Shown one piece after another: positions 27,796-37,989 of a stretch of 64,000 nucleotides of DNA. Position 1 is the first letter of the stretch; every line of letters starts with the position of its first letter. The DNA is from Patescibacteria group bacterium (GTDB taxonomy: Bacteria; Patescibacteriota; Microgenomatia; UBA1400; PJMF01), in the NCBI GenBank assembly GCA_016861085.1, contig BOKR01000001.1, positions 515,271-579,270 on the forward strand, read 5' to 3'. The notes beneath the pieces were generated by a model. The model was not told the origin of the DNA. It saw only the letters and a list, made by a program, of their open reading frames with translations, and made no database searches. A program made the translations under genes and the position numbers.

Positions 27796-29420
27796 TCAAA
27801 AAAAATACTCATATTGCTATATTGGTAGTAACCTTACTAGCAGCATTCATTTTTAGAACAATACAATTGGCACAAACCCCAAGCGGTTTTCATGCCGATG
27901 AAGCTTCATTTTATATAAATGCAGTTTCACTTTCACAAACCGGTATGGATGAAGATGGGAATAAACTACCGCTTTCACTTGCTTCGCTTATTGATCCCAA
28001 GCCAGCTTTGTACTCCTATTTACAGATACCTTTCTTATTTATTTTTGACAACCAAGTTTTTGCAGCACGATTTGCCTCAGCCGTGTTATCCATTCTATCG
28101 CTTGGATCATTATATTTACTCATAAAAGAAATTGCAGACAAAAAAATTGCCTTACTAATTACAATTGTTCTGTCTATCTCCCCCTGGCATGTAATTGTTA
28201 GTAGAGGAACTCAAGAAGTTATCACTTCATTTTTCTTTCTAGTTGCGACTTTTTTATTTTTAGTTCAGTACCTAAAAAATCAAAAAAAATCTATTGTGTT
28301 AATTCCTTTTGCAATTAGTGGTTTTTTAAGCATGTACTTGTATCACTCAGCAAAAATAGTATTACCTCTCTTAATTTTGTGCTTTGTTATTTTCTATTTC
28401 AAAAAAACAAAAGAGTATCTCAAAAAAAGTGTCACAGTATTACTTATAATTGCCACGGCTACTCTATTCTCTCTTTTTATTCAAGAGAGTGCATCAAGAA
28501 TATCTGCAGTAAGTATTTTTAATGACCAAGGACCACAACAAAAATTATTTGAGCAAATTTACACCAACAGAACAGAGGTGCCAGTTTCTATAGTAAGAGT
28601 TTTTTACAACAAAGTACAAACGTATACCCTTGCAATTTTTCATGAATACACCAACTATTTTTCTCCTGAATTTTTATTTTTTTCCGCTTCTAAGCCAACA
28701 CGAAACTCAATAACTGATCATGGACTATTGTATTTAATTGAGCTGCCACTAATAGCAATTGGTCTTTACGCTGCCATTAAGAATAAACGAAGAGACTTTT
28801 TTTTATTTGTTGCTTTACTCATCATTAGCCCCATTCCTGCAAGTTTAACCACTCAAGAAACCCCTAGTTTATTGCGTTCATTTCCAATGGTCATTTCTTT
28901 AGCATATTTTGTTGCAATGGGTATTGATGCATTATTTAAAATTAATTCAAAGCTAATAAAAGCTTTAGTAGTATCTTCTATTTCTGTTATATATCTCTGG
29001 CATATGTGCTACTTTGCATTACAGTATCATGTGCAAACCAGGTTTACACAGCCTTGGTTTAGGAATACTCCATATACTAAAATTGCTCAAGAAGTAGCAC
29101 TGATTTCAGATGGATTTGAAAGGATAGAAGTTACAAATGACTTACGTCCGTTATATGCATATTTTGTAATAGAAAATTTAATTTCTATTGAAGAGCTTCA
29201 AGCACATCCATATGCCCGTAACCTTAGTAATTACAATCTTGGAAAGTTCAGTTTTAATAGAGATGTGTGTGATTTTGGTGACATTAAAATGAACGTTTTG
29301 TATATTGCAGAGATTGGTTGCCGCGAGAAAAACTCAAAGTTATCTCAAATGGAAGTGATAAAAGTAATTTCATACGACGACAACACCCAAGCATATGAAC
29401 TTTTACAAGTTACTCAGTAA
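27783..29420 (+). CDS. PMT/ArnT-like GT-C glycosyltransferase, paralog 2
   Basis: GFHADEASFYINAV DE-motif loop. Polytopic. Confidence 0.6.
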   Translation: MLGLVKKNTHIAILVVTLLAAFIFRTIQLAQTPSGFHADEASFYINAVSLSQTGMDEDGNKLPLSLASLIDPKPALYSYLQIPFLFIFDNQVFAARFASAVLSILSLGSLYLLIKEIADKKIALLITIVLSISPWHVIVSRGTQEVITSFFFLVATFLFLVQYLKNQKKSIVLIPFAISGFLSMYLYHSAKIVLPLLILCFVIFYFKKTKEYLKKSVTVLLIIATATLFSLFIQESASRISAVSIFNDQGPQQKLFEQIYTNRTEVPVSIVRVFYNKVQTYTLAIFHEYTNYFSPEFLFFSASKPTRNSITDHGLLYLIELPLIAIGLYAAIKNKRRDFFLFVALLIISPIPASLTTQETPSLLRSFPMVISLAYFVAMGIDALFKINSKLIKALVVSSISVIYLWHMCYFALQYHVQTRFTQPWFRNTPYTKIAQEVALISDGFERIEVTNDLRPLYAYFVIENLISIEELQAHPYARNLSNYNLGKFSFNRDVCDFGDIKMNVLYIAEIGCREKNSKLSQMEVIKVISYDDNTQAYELLQVTQ

Positions 29421-31104
29421 ACACAAAAAAATAATTGTCAGTTTGTTTGTTATTTTTGTTTTAATAATTTTTTCAAATAGGCAATTACTAAGAGATGTAG
29501 TGTATGAAAGTGATGATTATAAGTTACACGCTGTGCGAGTTGCTAATTACTATTTGGCTCTCAAGCAAGGGCAGTTCCCAGTGAGATGGGGCCCAAATCT
29601 AAACGGCGGATATGGCTATCCTTCTTTTAACTACATGTATCACACTCCTTATTTCATCGGTGCTGTACTGCATTCTACTGGATTTAGTGTACAAGAAAGT
29701 CTTAATCTAACGGTGCTTTTATCTCTTCTGCTGGCGAGTGTTAGTTGCTATTTTTTTGTGCGATCATACAGTACATCTGAACCTTGGAATATGTTATTAG
29801 CACTTTTTTTTGTTCTTAATCCTTATATCTTATTAAATGTTTATTGGAGAGGTGCAATCGGTGAACTATTCTTTTACGCTACAACCCCCCTTTTCTTTTT
29901 GGGTATAAAACACTTACTAGAAGGTAGAAAAAAAGATTTTTACTTTCTACTGACTGCAACTTCAGTTATGATATTGACACTTTCTCACCTGCCTTCACTT
30001 ATTCCACTTCTCTTACTTTTTATCTTTTTTATTGTAACGAATAAAGAAAAACTCTCAATCAAAAAGGCAATCTTTATTGTTTTTGCTTGTGTGTTAGGAT
30101 TCCTGTTAAGCGCTTGGTATTGGATTCCTGCCTATTTTGAACAGTGGATGGTTATCTATGAAAATGCTGGGTCATTAGCGAAATATCAAACGCAGTTTGT
30201 AAATAGTATTAATTTATTTACTATCTCGAAATCAGGCAACAGTAGCGAGTTTTTTAAAGATGTTTTACAAATTGGAAGCATATCAGTTGTAGCATTTGTT
30301 TTTGGAATAGCGTTATTGCGAAAAACAAAAAAAAATACTACATGGCTGCTACTCATCATCATTTGCCTTGTTTTAATTTCAGAAGCTTCTTTACCACTTT
30401 GGAACAAATTTACACCTCTACAATATGTGCAGTTTCCTTGGAGATTTTTATGGATAATTATTTTTTCTACAGTAATGATACTAATACATATTGTTACTGA
30501 GAAAAAAGTTTCACATTTCATAAAAAAAATCATAGCTACAAGCATTTTTCTTGGATTGATTATATCCACAAGATCGTATGTTATTAACAAAGGAGAAACT
30601 AATAGACTAGACTTTGATTGGTATCATCCAACTTTTGAAACCGGTTCAAGCTTCAATGAACACTTGCCAGTTTGGGCCAAGACTTCATACTACTTTCCCG
30701 ATGAGCTGCTGTATGTCACTGCAACACAAGCTGCGACACTACAAAAGAACAATCTAGTAACGAGCATCCATAAACTTTCAGAATTACAGCCGACAATTCT
30801 AAAATTTGATGGAAAGACTATTTCATATTCAATTCATCCTGACCAAGAAATCATCGTATTATTTAAACGCCTGTTTTACCCCGGCTGGGAGGCTTCACTT
30901 GAGAAAGAAAAGCAGAAAATAATAATAAATATTCCTGAATATGAAGGGATTATTGCAGTTACAGTACCTAATCAGAAATCAACGGTAACGATCGATTTTA
31001 CTGGTTTTACACCATTAAGAAAATGTGCTGAAATCATTTCTGTATTTTCCTTCCTGTTTCTAGTCGGACAAATTATTTTTAAACAGTATAAAATGAGGAT
31101 ATGA
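29395..31104 (+). CDS. YfhO-like GT-C membrane glycosyltransferase, paralog 2
   Basis: KQGQFPVRWGPNLNGGYGYP, QFPWRFLW, and a C-terminal FYPGW...domain. Confidence 0.5.
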   Translation: MNFYKLLSKHKKIIVSLFVIFVLIIFSNRQLLRDVVYESDDYKLHAVRVANYYLALKQGQFPVRWGPNLNGGYGYPSFNYMYHTPYFIGAVLHSTGFSVQESLNLTVLLSLLLASVSCYFFVRSYSTSEPWNMLLALFFVLNPYILLNVYWRGAIGELFFYATTPLFFLGIKHLLEGRKKDFYFLLTATSVMILTLSHLPSLIPLLLLFIFFIVTNKEKLSIKKAIFIVFACVLGFLLSAWYWIPAYFEQWMVIYENAGSLAKYQTQFVNSINLFTISKSGNSSEFFKDVLQIGSISVVAFVFGIALLRKTKKNTTWLLLIIICLVLISEASLPLWNKFTPLQYVQFPWRFLWIIIFSTVMILIHIVTEKKVSHFIKKIIATSIFLGLIISTRSYVINKGETNRLDFDWYHPTFETGSSFNEHLPVWAKTSYYFPDELLYVTATQAATLQKNNLVTSIHKLSELQPTILKFDGKTISYSIHPDQEIIVLFKRLFYPGWEASLEKEKQKIIINIPEYEGIIAVTVPNQKSTVTIDFTGFTPLRKCAEIISVFSFLFLVGQIIFKQYKMRI

Positions 31105-32929
31105 CCAATATGCTAAAAAAAATGACTAAAGCAAGTTTGTTACTTCTCACTCTGATTTTCGGAATTGGAATCTTCACTCGATTTTATGCTATTTCTACTA
31201 TTCCACCATTTATTCCTCACGATGAGCTTGGTTATTTTATTAATGCCAAAGCGCTACAACTTTCTGGTACAGATATAACTGGCACTTGGAATCCATTTTC
31301 TTTAGTTCCAGTAACACCAACCTTAGCTGAATTAACTACACATCTGATTGTCTTATTTAACTGGCTTCCAATTAGCCAAATAGTAGCTGCAAAGTTACCA
31401 TTCTTACTCATGAGCCTACTTTTACCATTTCTAATTGCAGGAATCTCATATGAATTTACAAAATCAAAACAGGTATCAGTCTTTGCTTGGGTCATTACGC
31501 TCTTTAATCCTTGGGTATGGCAAATTGGTAGAATGCCATTTGATGGATATGCAAGCTTCTTTTTTATACCTTTGGTGCCTATGTATTATTAAAATTAAAG
31601 GATTGGCAAAAGTTGTGGTCTATTCCAATCTTATTTGTTGGCTTCTATCAGTATCAGGGTCATAAGTTAGTTTTTTTGTTCTGGGTTTTTGCTTTCTTTT
31701 TATATTCAATAAAATCGCATTTAGTCATCTCAAAAAATAGTATTAAAACAATTAAAAATTTTCCAGTTAAGCGAATTATTCCTCAGATTATTGTTTTGCT
31801 TTTCTCATTTTTATTGTTCACCTTCTACCTTTTCGTGCAGCTGCCAAATCACAAAAGTAAAGATAGATTAAACACTCTATTTACTCCAAGTTCTTCTGAG
31901 ATTGCTCAACTGGTTAATGAGCAAAGAAGATTGAGTCTGGATTCTCCATTAAATAAGGTATTCATAAATAAGTATAGTATTTGGACTGGTAAGATATTTG
32001 AGCGTTTTACAGAGACTTATGGTTTTCACTTTTTATTTCTTGAAGGACAAGTAAGCAATTCTGCATGGAGTGTTTGGAATCATGGTATTTTTTATATTGT
32101 TGATGCAGTTCTAATTATATTTGGTTTTATTTACTTGATTATTTCCAAGAGACAGCGACTCCTGTTGTTCTTGCTTTCACTTCTTGCCATTCTTGTTGTT
32201 CCAAGCTTGATATCTTCAGACAGATCATATTTCTTTAGATCATCACTCAATATTTCCATTTTAATTTTTGCTGCATCACTTGGTGCTGAATTTATCAGAA
32301 AATATTTTCCAAAAATTATTCAATTATTCTTTGTCCTTATCTATGCAATAAGTATCTTTCATTTTGCTTATCTATATTTTGTGCGCTACCCAATTATTGC
32401 CTCTGATAGGCAGTTTTTTAGTGATAGAGTTCTGGCCGAATATTTACGAAGAGTTCCTGAAACCCAAAAAGTTGTCCTCTTTAGCCCTGAGCCAGAATTT
32501 ACTGTTTCTACATATCTATTTTTTAATAATATACTAAACAAAGATACCATCTCTGAAATTCAAAACGCATATAAACTTCAAAACTATCAAATTGGAGCTA
32601 AAAAATTTATTGGCGATTGTTTACCAATCGAAATAGTTAATTCAGATGAAGTTGTAATTAGTAGACATGATATTAGAAGGTGTGAACCAAATGAAGACAC
32701 CACTTTAAACTCAGAACCTGTCACTGACATTCAAACTTTTTACAACTCACTCCAGATTCAAGCAATCAAAGATAGCGGAACGTACTATCACATTTATAAT
32801 GATCAGCTTTGTTCTGGCTTAGAGATAAATCCATATCTTAGAATTGTGAGCCCTAATCAATTTGATTTTGGAGCAATGTCAGATAAGGAATTTTGCCAAG
32901 CTTGGATTTCAAAATTAATTGAAAATTAA
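31101..32929 (+). pseudogene. PMT/ArnT-like GT-C glycosyltransferase (paralog 3), split into two ORFs by a frameshift. This may be a pseudogene, a phase-variable gene or a sequencing artefact
   Basis: ORF 31101-31592 carries the DE loop (IPHDELGYFINA) and ends at a TAA. ORF 31613-32929 continues the TM-rich body in the -1 frame. The two frames overlap only at about 31544-31592, around a T6 run near 31560-31565. Combined length is about 600 aa, matching the intact paralogs. Confidence 0.5.
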
Positions 32930-33495
32930 TTAACTTTCAGATATGTGGCGTTGTACCACAGTTTATCTTTAAGTAACTCTTTTTCTTTGGGGATGTAATC
33001 AAACATTCCAACAACCTTCTGCATTTCCTCAATTGACTCAACAAACGCAAATACATACTCTGTGTCAGTAGCTTTAATGAGAACAAAATCATTCCCTTTT
33101 GAAACAATTTCACCGGGAAACTCATTTGTTATTTTTTTAAGTGCCTCGTCTGCTGTACTAGAAACAACTGCATCAAGACTTCGTAGATAAGTCGAATCAT
33201 AATAAAATAGTGGAGTTACAGCATCAGCTACAGAAATAATTCTGAATGTGCCGTAAAAACCAGTAAATTCTTCATCTCGTAAAAAAGTCCCTGGGCTAAA
33301 CCGTTCTCTGAATTCCCAATATTTTTCTGGATCAAACTCATTTGCTAACAAATCTCTTTTGAGTTTTTCAAATAACCCAATTCGATAATCGGAATTAAAT
33401 TTTGGCTTGAGATAAGGATGCTGAAAAACCGAGACTACCATAACAAGAACTGCAACTATAATGAAAAAAAGTCGATTCGAAGGCTGAGTAATCAT
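32926..33495 (-). CDS. Hypothetical membrane-anchored extracytoplasmic protein
   Basis: N-terminal TM segment LFFIIVAVLVMVVSVF followed by a soluble domain. 4-nt convergent overlap with the upstream gene. Confidence 0.4.
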   Translation of the reverse strand: MITQPSNRLFFIIVAVLVMVVSVFQHPYLKPKFNSDYRIGLFEKLKRDLLANEFDPEKYWEFRERFSPGTFLRDEEFTGFYGTFRIISVADAVTPLFYYDSTYLRSLDAVVSSTADEALKKITNEFPGEIVSKGNDFVLIKATDTEYVFAFVESIEEMQKVVGMFDYIPKEKELLKDKLWYNATYLKVN

Positions 33496-33533
33496 GAATT
33501 TATTATAGCACTACAATGAGGTATACTTGATCC

Positions 33534-35201
33534 ATGCAATTTACTTCTAGACTTGTGTTAGGGCTCTTACTCGTTCTTGTTAGTTTTATAAGCTTAGCAG
33601 ATTTAATTTATAGGCCGGGACATCCGGTAACTTTTGATGGGCATGTGCACATGACCACAATGAACCAATTTGCACAAAGCTTATATGATGGTGAGTTTCC
33701 CGTTACTTGGGCAAATAATTTTGCCAATTTTGGTCACCCATTACCAATAATTGCACACCAAGTACCAGCATATTTAGGTGCTACTTTAATATTACTCGGA
33801 TTTTCCACAGAGCTTGCGTACATCTCATTAATTTCTGTATCTGTTCTTTTTTCTAGCTTTTTGTTTTATGCTTTCTTTAGAAAATTTGCTGATCAAGCAC
33901 TTTCACTTACAGCAACTGTTTTTTCTGTATTTTTTCCGTATAGAGTATTAAACATTTATACAAGAGGTGGACTCCCTGAATTAATGGCAACAATTTTTCT
34001 CCCCATTTTGTTGCTTGCTGTATGGAACGTCCAAAAAAAGAAGTATTTTAAGGCGACTTTACTCTTTTATATAGGTGTACTTGGTACTGCACTGACACAC
34101 CCCATGATGCTTGTTATTTTTTGTGTTCCTGTACTAGCATACTTTTTTTATGGATTAGATAAAAAACATTTAAAAAAAGAATTGCAAATAGCAGTTGTTG
34201 GCGCTAGTTTAGGCATACTCAGTGCGAGCTACTATCTTATCCCTCTTTTAATTGAGATGCGCTATTTTTACCAATCAAGGGTTGAAAAAGCTGTCGGAGC
34301 AGACACCTTTTTAACAGTCAAGCAACTTTATGATCCTACTTGGTACTATACACTCACACATCCGGGTCCAAGAGGTAACTATATCAAGTTAGGAACAATT
34401 GAGTGTATCATTTTAGCTCTCGCAGTAACAATATTAGTCTCACTATTACTGCTACCAAAACACCAATATATAAAAAAATACTTTAACAAAGATACGGCAA
34501 AAAATTTACTTTTTTGGACGAGCCTAAGTGGTTTGTTATTACTACTTATGTTACCTATTAGTAAACTACTGTATTCACTTCCTGTAATATATCAAATTCA
34601 ATATCCTTGGAGATTTTTAGCGGCATTACAAATTACTATTCCTTTGGTTTTTATTTTTCTCATTCAAACTTTTAAAAAACTGAACAACTTTTATATTTTT
34701 ATTGTTTGTATTGCGTTAGTTTTGTGGTTTAGAATTCCACAGTTCTACGGCAAGAACTATATTGTCCAACCTGAAAGTGATTATTTTTTTAATCAAGCAA
34801 ATTTACACAGCACTAACTTCAATACAGTATGGTCTAGTAATACTGAAGACTACGAGAAAAAAACCGTCCAAGCGAAAATAATTGAGGGAGCAGGCGAGCT
34901 CACAATACTAGAAGAAAAGAATGCAAGCCGCCTATATAAAACCAAAAGTGATTTCGAATTGAGACTACTAGACTATACTTTTTACTTTCCAGGATGGACT
35001 ACATATGTTGATGGGTCACCAGTTATTATTGAGTATCAAGATCCAAGCTACAGAGGCTTAATTACTTATAAGGTCCCTTCAGGAGAACATGAGATTAAAG
35101 TTGTATACGAATATTCAAAAGTAAGATTAGTCGGGTTATTAGCAACAGTTGTAGGGCTGCTAGCATTTCCAGTAGTTTTATTTATTATTCGAAAAAAATA
35201 G
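33534..35201 (+). CDS. YfhO-like GT-C membrane glycosyltransferase, paralog 3
   Basis: YDGEFPVTWANNFANFGHP, QYPWRFLA, and C-terminal YTFYFPGWTTYVDG...SGEHEIKV. Confidence 0.5.
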   Translation: MQFTSRLVLGLLLVLVSFISLADLIYRPGHPVTFDGHVHMTTMNQFAQSLYDGEFPVTWANNFANFGHPLPIIAHQVPAYLGATLILLGFSTELAYISLISVSVLFSSFLFYAFFRKFADQALSLTATVFSVFFPYRVLNIYTRGGLPELMATIFLPILLLAVWNVQKKKYFKATLLFYIGVLGTALTHPMMLVIFCVPVLAYFFYGLDKKHLKKELQIAVVGASLGILSASYYLIPLLIEMRYFYQSRVEKAVGADTFLTVKQLYDPTWYYTLTHPGPRGNYIKLGTIECIILALAVTILVSLLLLPKHQYIKKYFNKDTAKNLLFWTSLSGLLLLLMLPISKLLYSLPVIYQIQYPWRFLAALQITIPLVFIFLIQTFKKLNNFYIFIVCIALVLWFRIPQFYGKNYIVQPESDYFFNQANLHSTNFNTVWSSNTEDYEKKTVQAKIIEGAGELTILEEKNASRLYKTKSDFELRLLDYTFYFPGWTTYVDGSPVIIEYQDPSYRGLITYKVPSGEHEIKVVYEYSKVRLVGLLATVVGLLAFPVVLFIIRKK

Positions 35202-36353
35202 CTTGTGCTTTCTTGAAAATAGTATTGCCAGAACAGCTAATAGTAACAAACCTGAACCTATGGAAAATGTTACAGTATGCACAGACGTTGCATCAATATA
35301 TTTACCAATGTAGTACGCACCAAAAACGTATGGTATATTGGCTAACATACTATACGTTGAAAGCGTAGTGGCTCTATATTTAGAAATAGTTTCAGAATTA
35401 ATTGTTGCACTTGCGTTGTTTCCAAACAATTCAATCAGACCATTTCTTAGCACAATAACAACAGTACCCAAAATGACCGATGTGTATGGAATGATTACCA
35501 TACTTACAGAAATAAACACCGCAAATAGCAGGACTGACTTCCAAACTCCAATTCGTCGTGAAATGGGCAATGCCATCTGACCAAAAATTGATGAAACAAA
35601 ATACATTCCAAAAACAATGAGACCAAGCTGTGAGCTATTCCACCCTTGCTCAACTAATTGAGAATCAATTAAAACATGACCATTAATAACAACGAACATT
35701 GTCAAAAGAATTAATAACATATTTTTTATCAGTACCCGCCTTGACTTAAATAATTCCCTAAAGCCATATATATTCTGCTTAATATAGTTACTCCAAGTAA
35801 AGACTTCAGAATCAATTGGTGGCTCTTTCAAAAATAGGCTCAAAAAAATGGCTACGAAAATCATTAGAGCTAAACCAAGGAATGGATATCCAGGATTCAT
35901 TTTATATAAAATGCCGCCAAATATACTTGAAACTGCCAAAGAAGCCATTTTGAAGCTTGAGATATTACTCAATACTTTTTGATATGTTTGCTCGCGTTTT
36001 TCTGTAAGTAGTGTGTCATATACTAATGCTTCAACTGTTCCAGATGAAAAAGCAGAGCTAATAGTTGCCATTACGACACCAAGAGCCAAAAAAGAAAATG
36101 AATCTGCTGTACCCATGAAAATATAACCTATGAAACCAAACAGATATGATACTGTCAAGGTATATTTCTTTCCCAACATATCAGCGATAGCTCCTGTTGG
36201 GATTTCGGCTAATACAGAGGTTATAATCATTATAGATTCTAGTACCCCGATCCCTGAGTAATCTGTATGCAGTAGATAAAAAAGTACCCAGATTGGTGCC
36301 CAAAAACGACTATAATTAAGGATTGTAAGAATATATACAAGTTTGATATTCAC
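35178..36353 (-). CDS. MFS-superfamily transporter
   Basis: About 12 TM segments with an MFS-like loop between TM2 and TM3 (GAIADMLGKK). Confidence 0.6.
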   Translation of the reverse strand: MNIKLVYILTILNYSRFWAPIWVLFYLLHTDYSGIGVLESIMIITSVLAEIPTGAIADMLGKKYTLTVSYLFGFIGYIFMGTADSFSFLALGVVMATISSAFSSGTVEALVYDTLLTEKREQTYQKVLSNISSFKMASLAVSSIFGGILYKMNPGYPFLGLALMIFVAIFLSLFLKEPPIDSEVFTWSNYIKQNIYGFRELFKSRRVLIKNMLLILLTMFVVINGHVLIDSQLVEQGWNSSQLGLIVFGMYFVSSIFGQMALPISRRIGVWKSVLLFAVFISVSMVIIPYTSVILGTVVIVLRNGLIELFGNNASATINSETISKYRATTLSTYSMLANIPYVFGAYYIGKYIDATSVHTVTFSIGSGLLLLAVLAILFSRKHKLFFSNNK

Positions 36354-36356
36354 AAC

Positions 36357-37982
36357 CTACTCCACACTCTGTTTTGTTCTGAAAAATTGGAATCGAACTG
36401 ATCCATCAGCCCCATAGATAATATGATCAGCTTGTTCTATTGGGAGATCATCCATTCCACTGCCGACAATCAGCGTATTTTTTCGTAAGAAATCTCCCAT
36501 ATTAATTTTGTCAGTAAATTCATATTTAATAAGCGAACCACCCTGATACCAAATTGGGTTGGTCTTTCTAACAAATAATGCATAGATGTATGGTTGACCA
36601 TAATCTGAAGTAAAAATTATTTTTTCAACAGGTTCAGTTCCTTCACCAGTTTCGTATTTTTGAGCAAGTCGAAATGCCTCAAGGTATCCGTCATTAAAAT
36701 CATTCGTAGAAGCTTGAGCAAAGTTTGTAAAATAATGCCAAACAAACGATACAGAAAACAAAACATGTATTGCAATCATACTCCCGACAAATGACTTAAC
36801 AACAATATTTTTTTCCTTATGAGTACCAGAAACTTGGATATTTAGTTTTGACTTCTCAAGTATATTGATTATGTAATCAAGTCCAAAGACAGCCAAAAAA
36901 ATAAATCCTGGTAATGCGAGTAACGCTCTATTCGCATGTGGTACTTCCATAGCCACACTAGCAGGTAGTAGTCCCGCAAAAATAATACCAAGAGATAATA
37001 GTTGGTATTTGAAGCTACTTGATTTCTTGCTCTGTCTTAAAATAGAAATTACTCCAGCTGTTACCAAAAAGAAAGTTGTAATAAATAGTACTCCCAAATA
37101 TCCCGCTCCATGTCTTAAAGTTGTTGTTTCACCTCTGAGTAAAAATTCCGGTGAAAGATGAACTGCATAACTTTTAATAACGTATGCTAGTTTTTGAATT
37201 AAGCCTAAATCTGAAGAAAAAATTGTCACCCCAGCTCTTGTTAATCCCTTACCAAACACCGAGTCCAGAATAAATGGAATCAAACCAACTACAAAAATGG
37301 TTAGTGGTAAAACAATTCTTTTTAAATTTGTGATAATTTGTCTAGAAAATAAAACAATAAATATGAATCCAAGAACTGGTAGCGCTATTTTAGCGCTGTG
37401 ATATGTATAAATTGCCGCGTCAAAAAGCACTGCAGCACCAAATAATAAATGTGGTTTTTTAAAATCTGCTTTGAGTGCTTTAATACAAAAAAGCAATCCC
37501 CAGATAATAAAAGCTAACGCAATCCCTGATTCAAATCCAGCCCGAGAAAAATGAATGTGCCAAGGAGATGTTGTTATTAAAACACCAGCAAGAAGTGCAA
37601 ATAATTTTTTATATCTATGTGTTTCAAATATCTCTTCAGTAAGAATTATTATTCCTAGGATAGCGAGTAATGAGAATACTGCAAAGGGAAGTCTAACTGC
37701 AAATAGGTTCATGCCAAATAGGTATGTAGAAATTCCGTTCATATAAATAGCCAACGGGGCCTTATAGTCTCCAAACGACATAAAGCTCACAGGTAAGAAA
37801 TTGAGCCATTCATCTCTTCTTGTATGTACAACAGCATATCCGTTATATCCTATTGCTGCCTCATCCCAGGTCATTCCATGAGGTACATCAGCTAGCTGAT
37901 AAAATCTAATGAATACTGCTATCAACAATATCCCCAAAACAGAAAAGAAATACCAATGTTTGTTTAATACAGTACCTATCAT
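36357..37982 (-). CDS. PMT/ArnT-like GT-C glycosyltransferase, paralog 4
   Basis: HGMTWDEAAIGYNGY DE-motif loop. Polytopic. Confidence 0.6.
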   Translation of the reverse strand: MIGTVLNKHWYFFSVLGILLIAVFIRFYQLADVPHGMTWDEAAIGYNGYAVVHTRRDEWLNFLPVSFMSFGDYKAPLAIYMNGISTYLFGMNLFAVRLPFAVFSLLAILGIIILTEEIFETHRYKKLFALLAGVLITTSPWHIHFSRAGFESGIALAFIIWGLLFCIKALKADFKKPHLLFGAAVLFDAAIYTYHSAKIALPVLGFIFIVLFSRQIITNLKRIVLPLTIFVVGLIPFILDSVFGKGLTRAGVTIFSSDLGLIQKLAYVIKSYAVHLSPEFLLRGETTTLRHGAGYLGVLFITTFFLVTAGVISILRQSKKSSSFKYQLLSLGIIFAGLLPASVAMEVPHANRALLALPGFIFLAVFGLDYIINILEKSKLNIQVSGTHKEKNIVVKSFVGSMIAIHVLFSVSFVWHYFTNFAQASTNDFNDGYLEAFRLAQKYETGEGTEPVEKIIFTSDYGQPYIYALFVRKTNPIWYQGGSLIKYEFTDKINMGDFLRKNTLIVGSGMDDLPIEQADHIIYGADGSVRFQFFRTKQSVE

Positions 37983-37989
37983 AGTTTTA

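Noticed and set aside
23183-31495. Short ORFs inside GT-C genes (23183-23365, 23430-23756, 23969-24208, 24754-25029, 25448-25657, 25560-25754, 26067-26336, 27919-28125, 30186-30590, 31232-31495)
   Set aside because: These are alternate frames of long membrane-protein genes. The 31435-31665 ORF is just the third frame across the frameshift junction.
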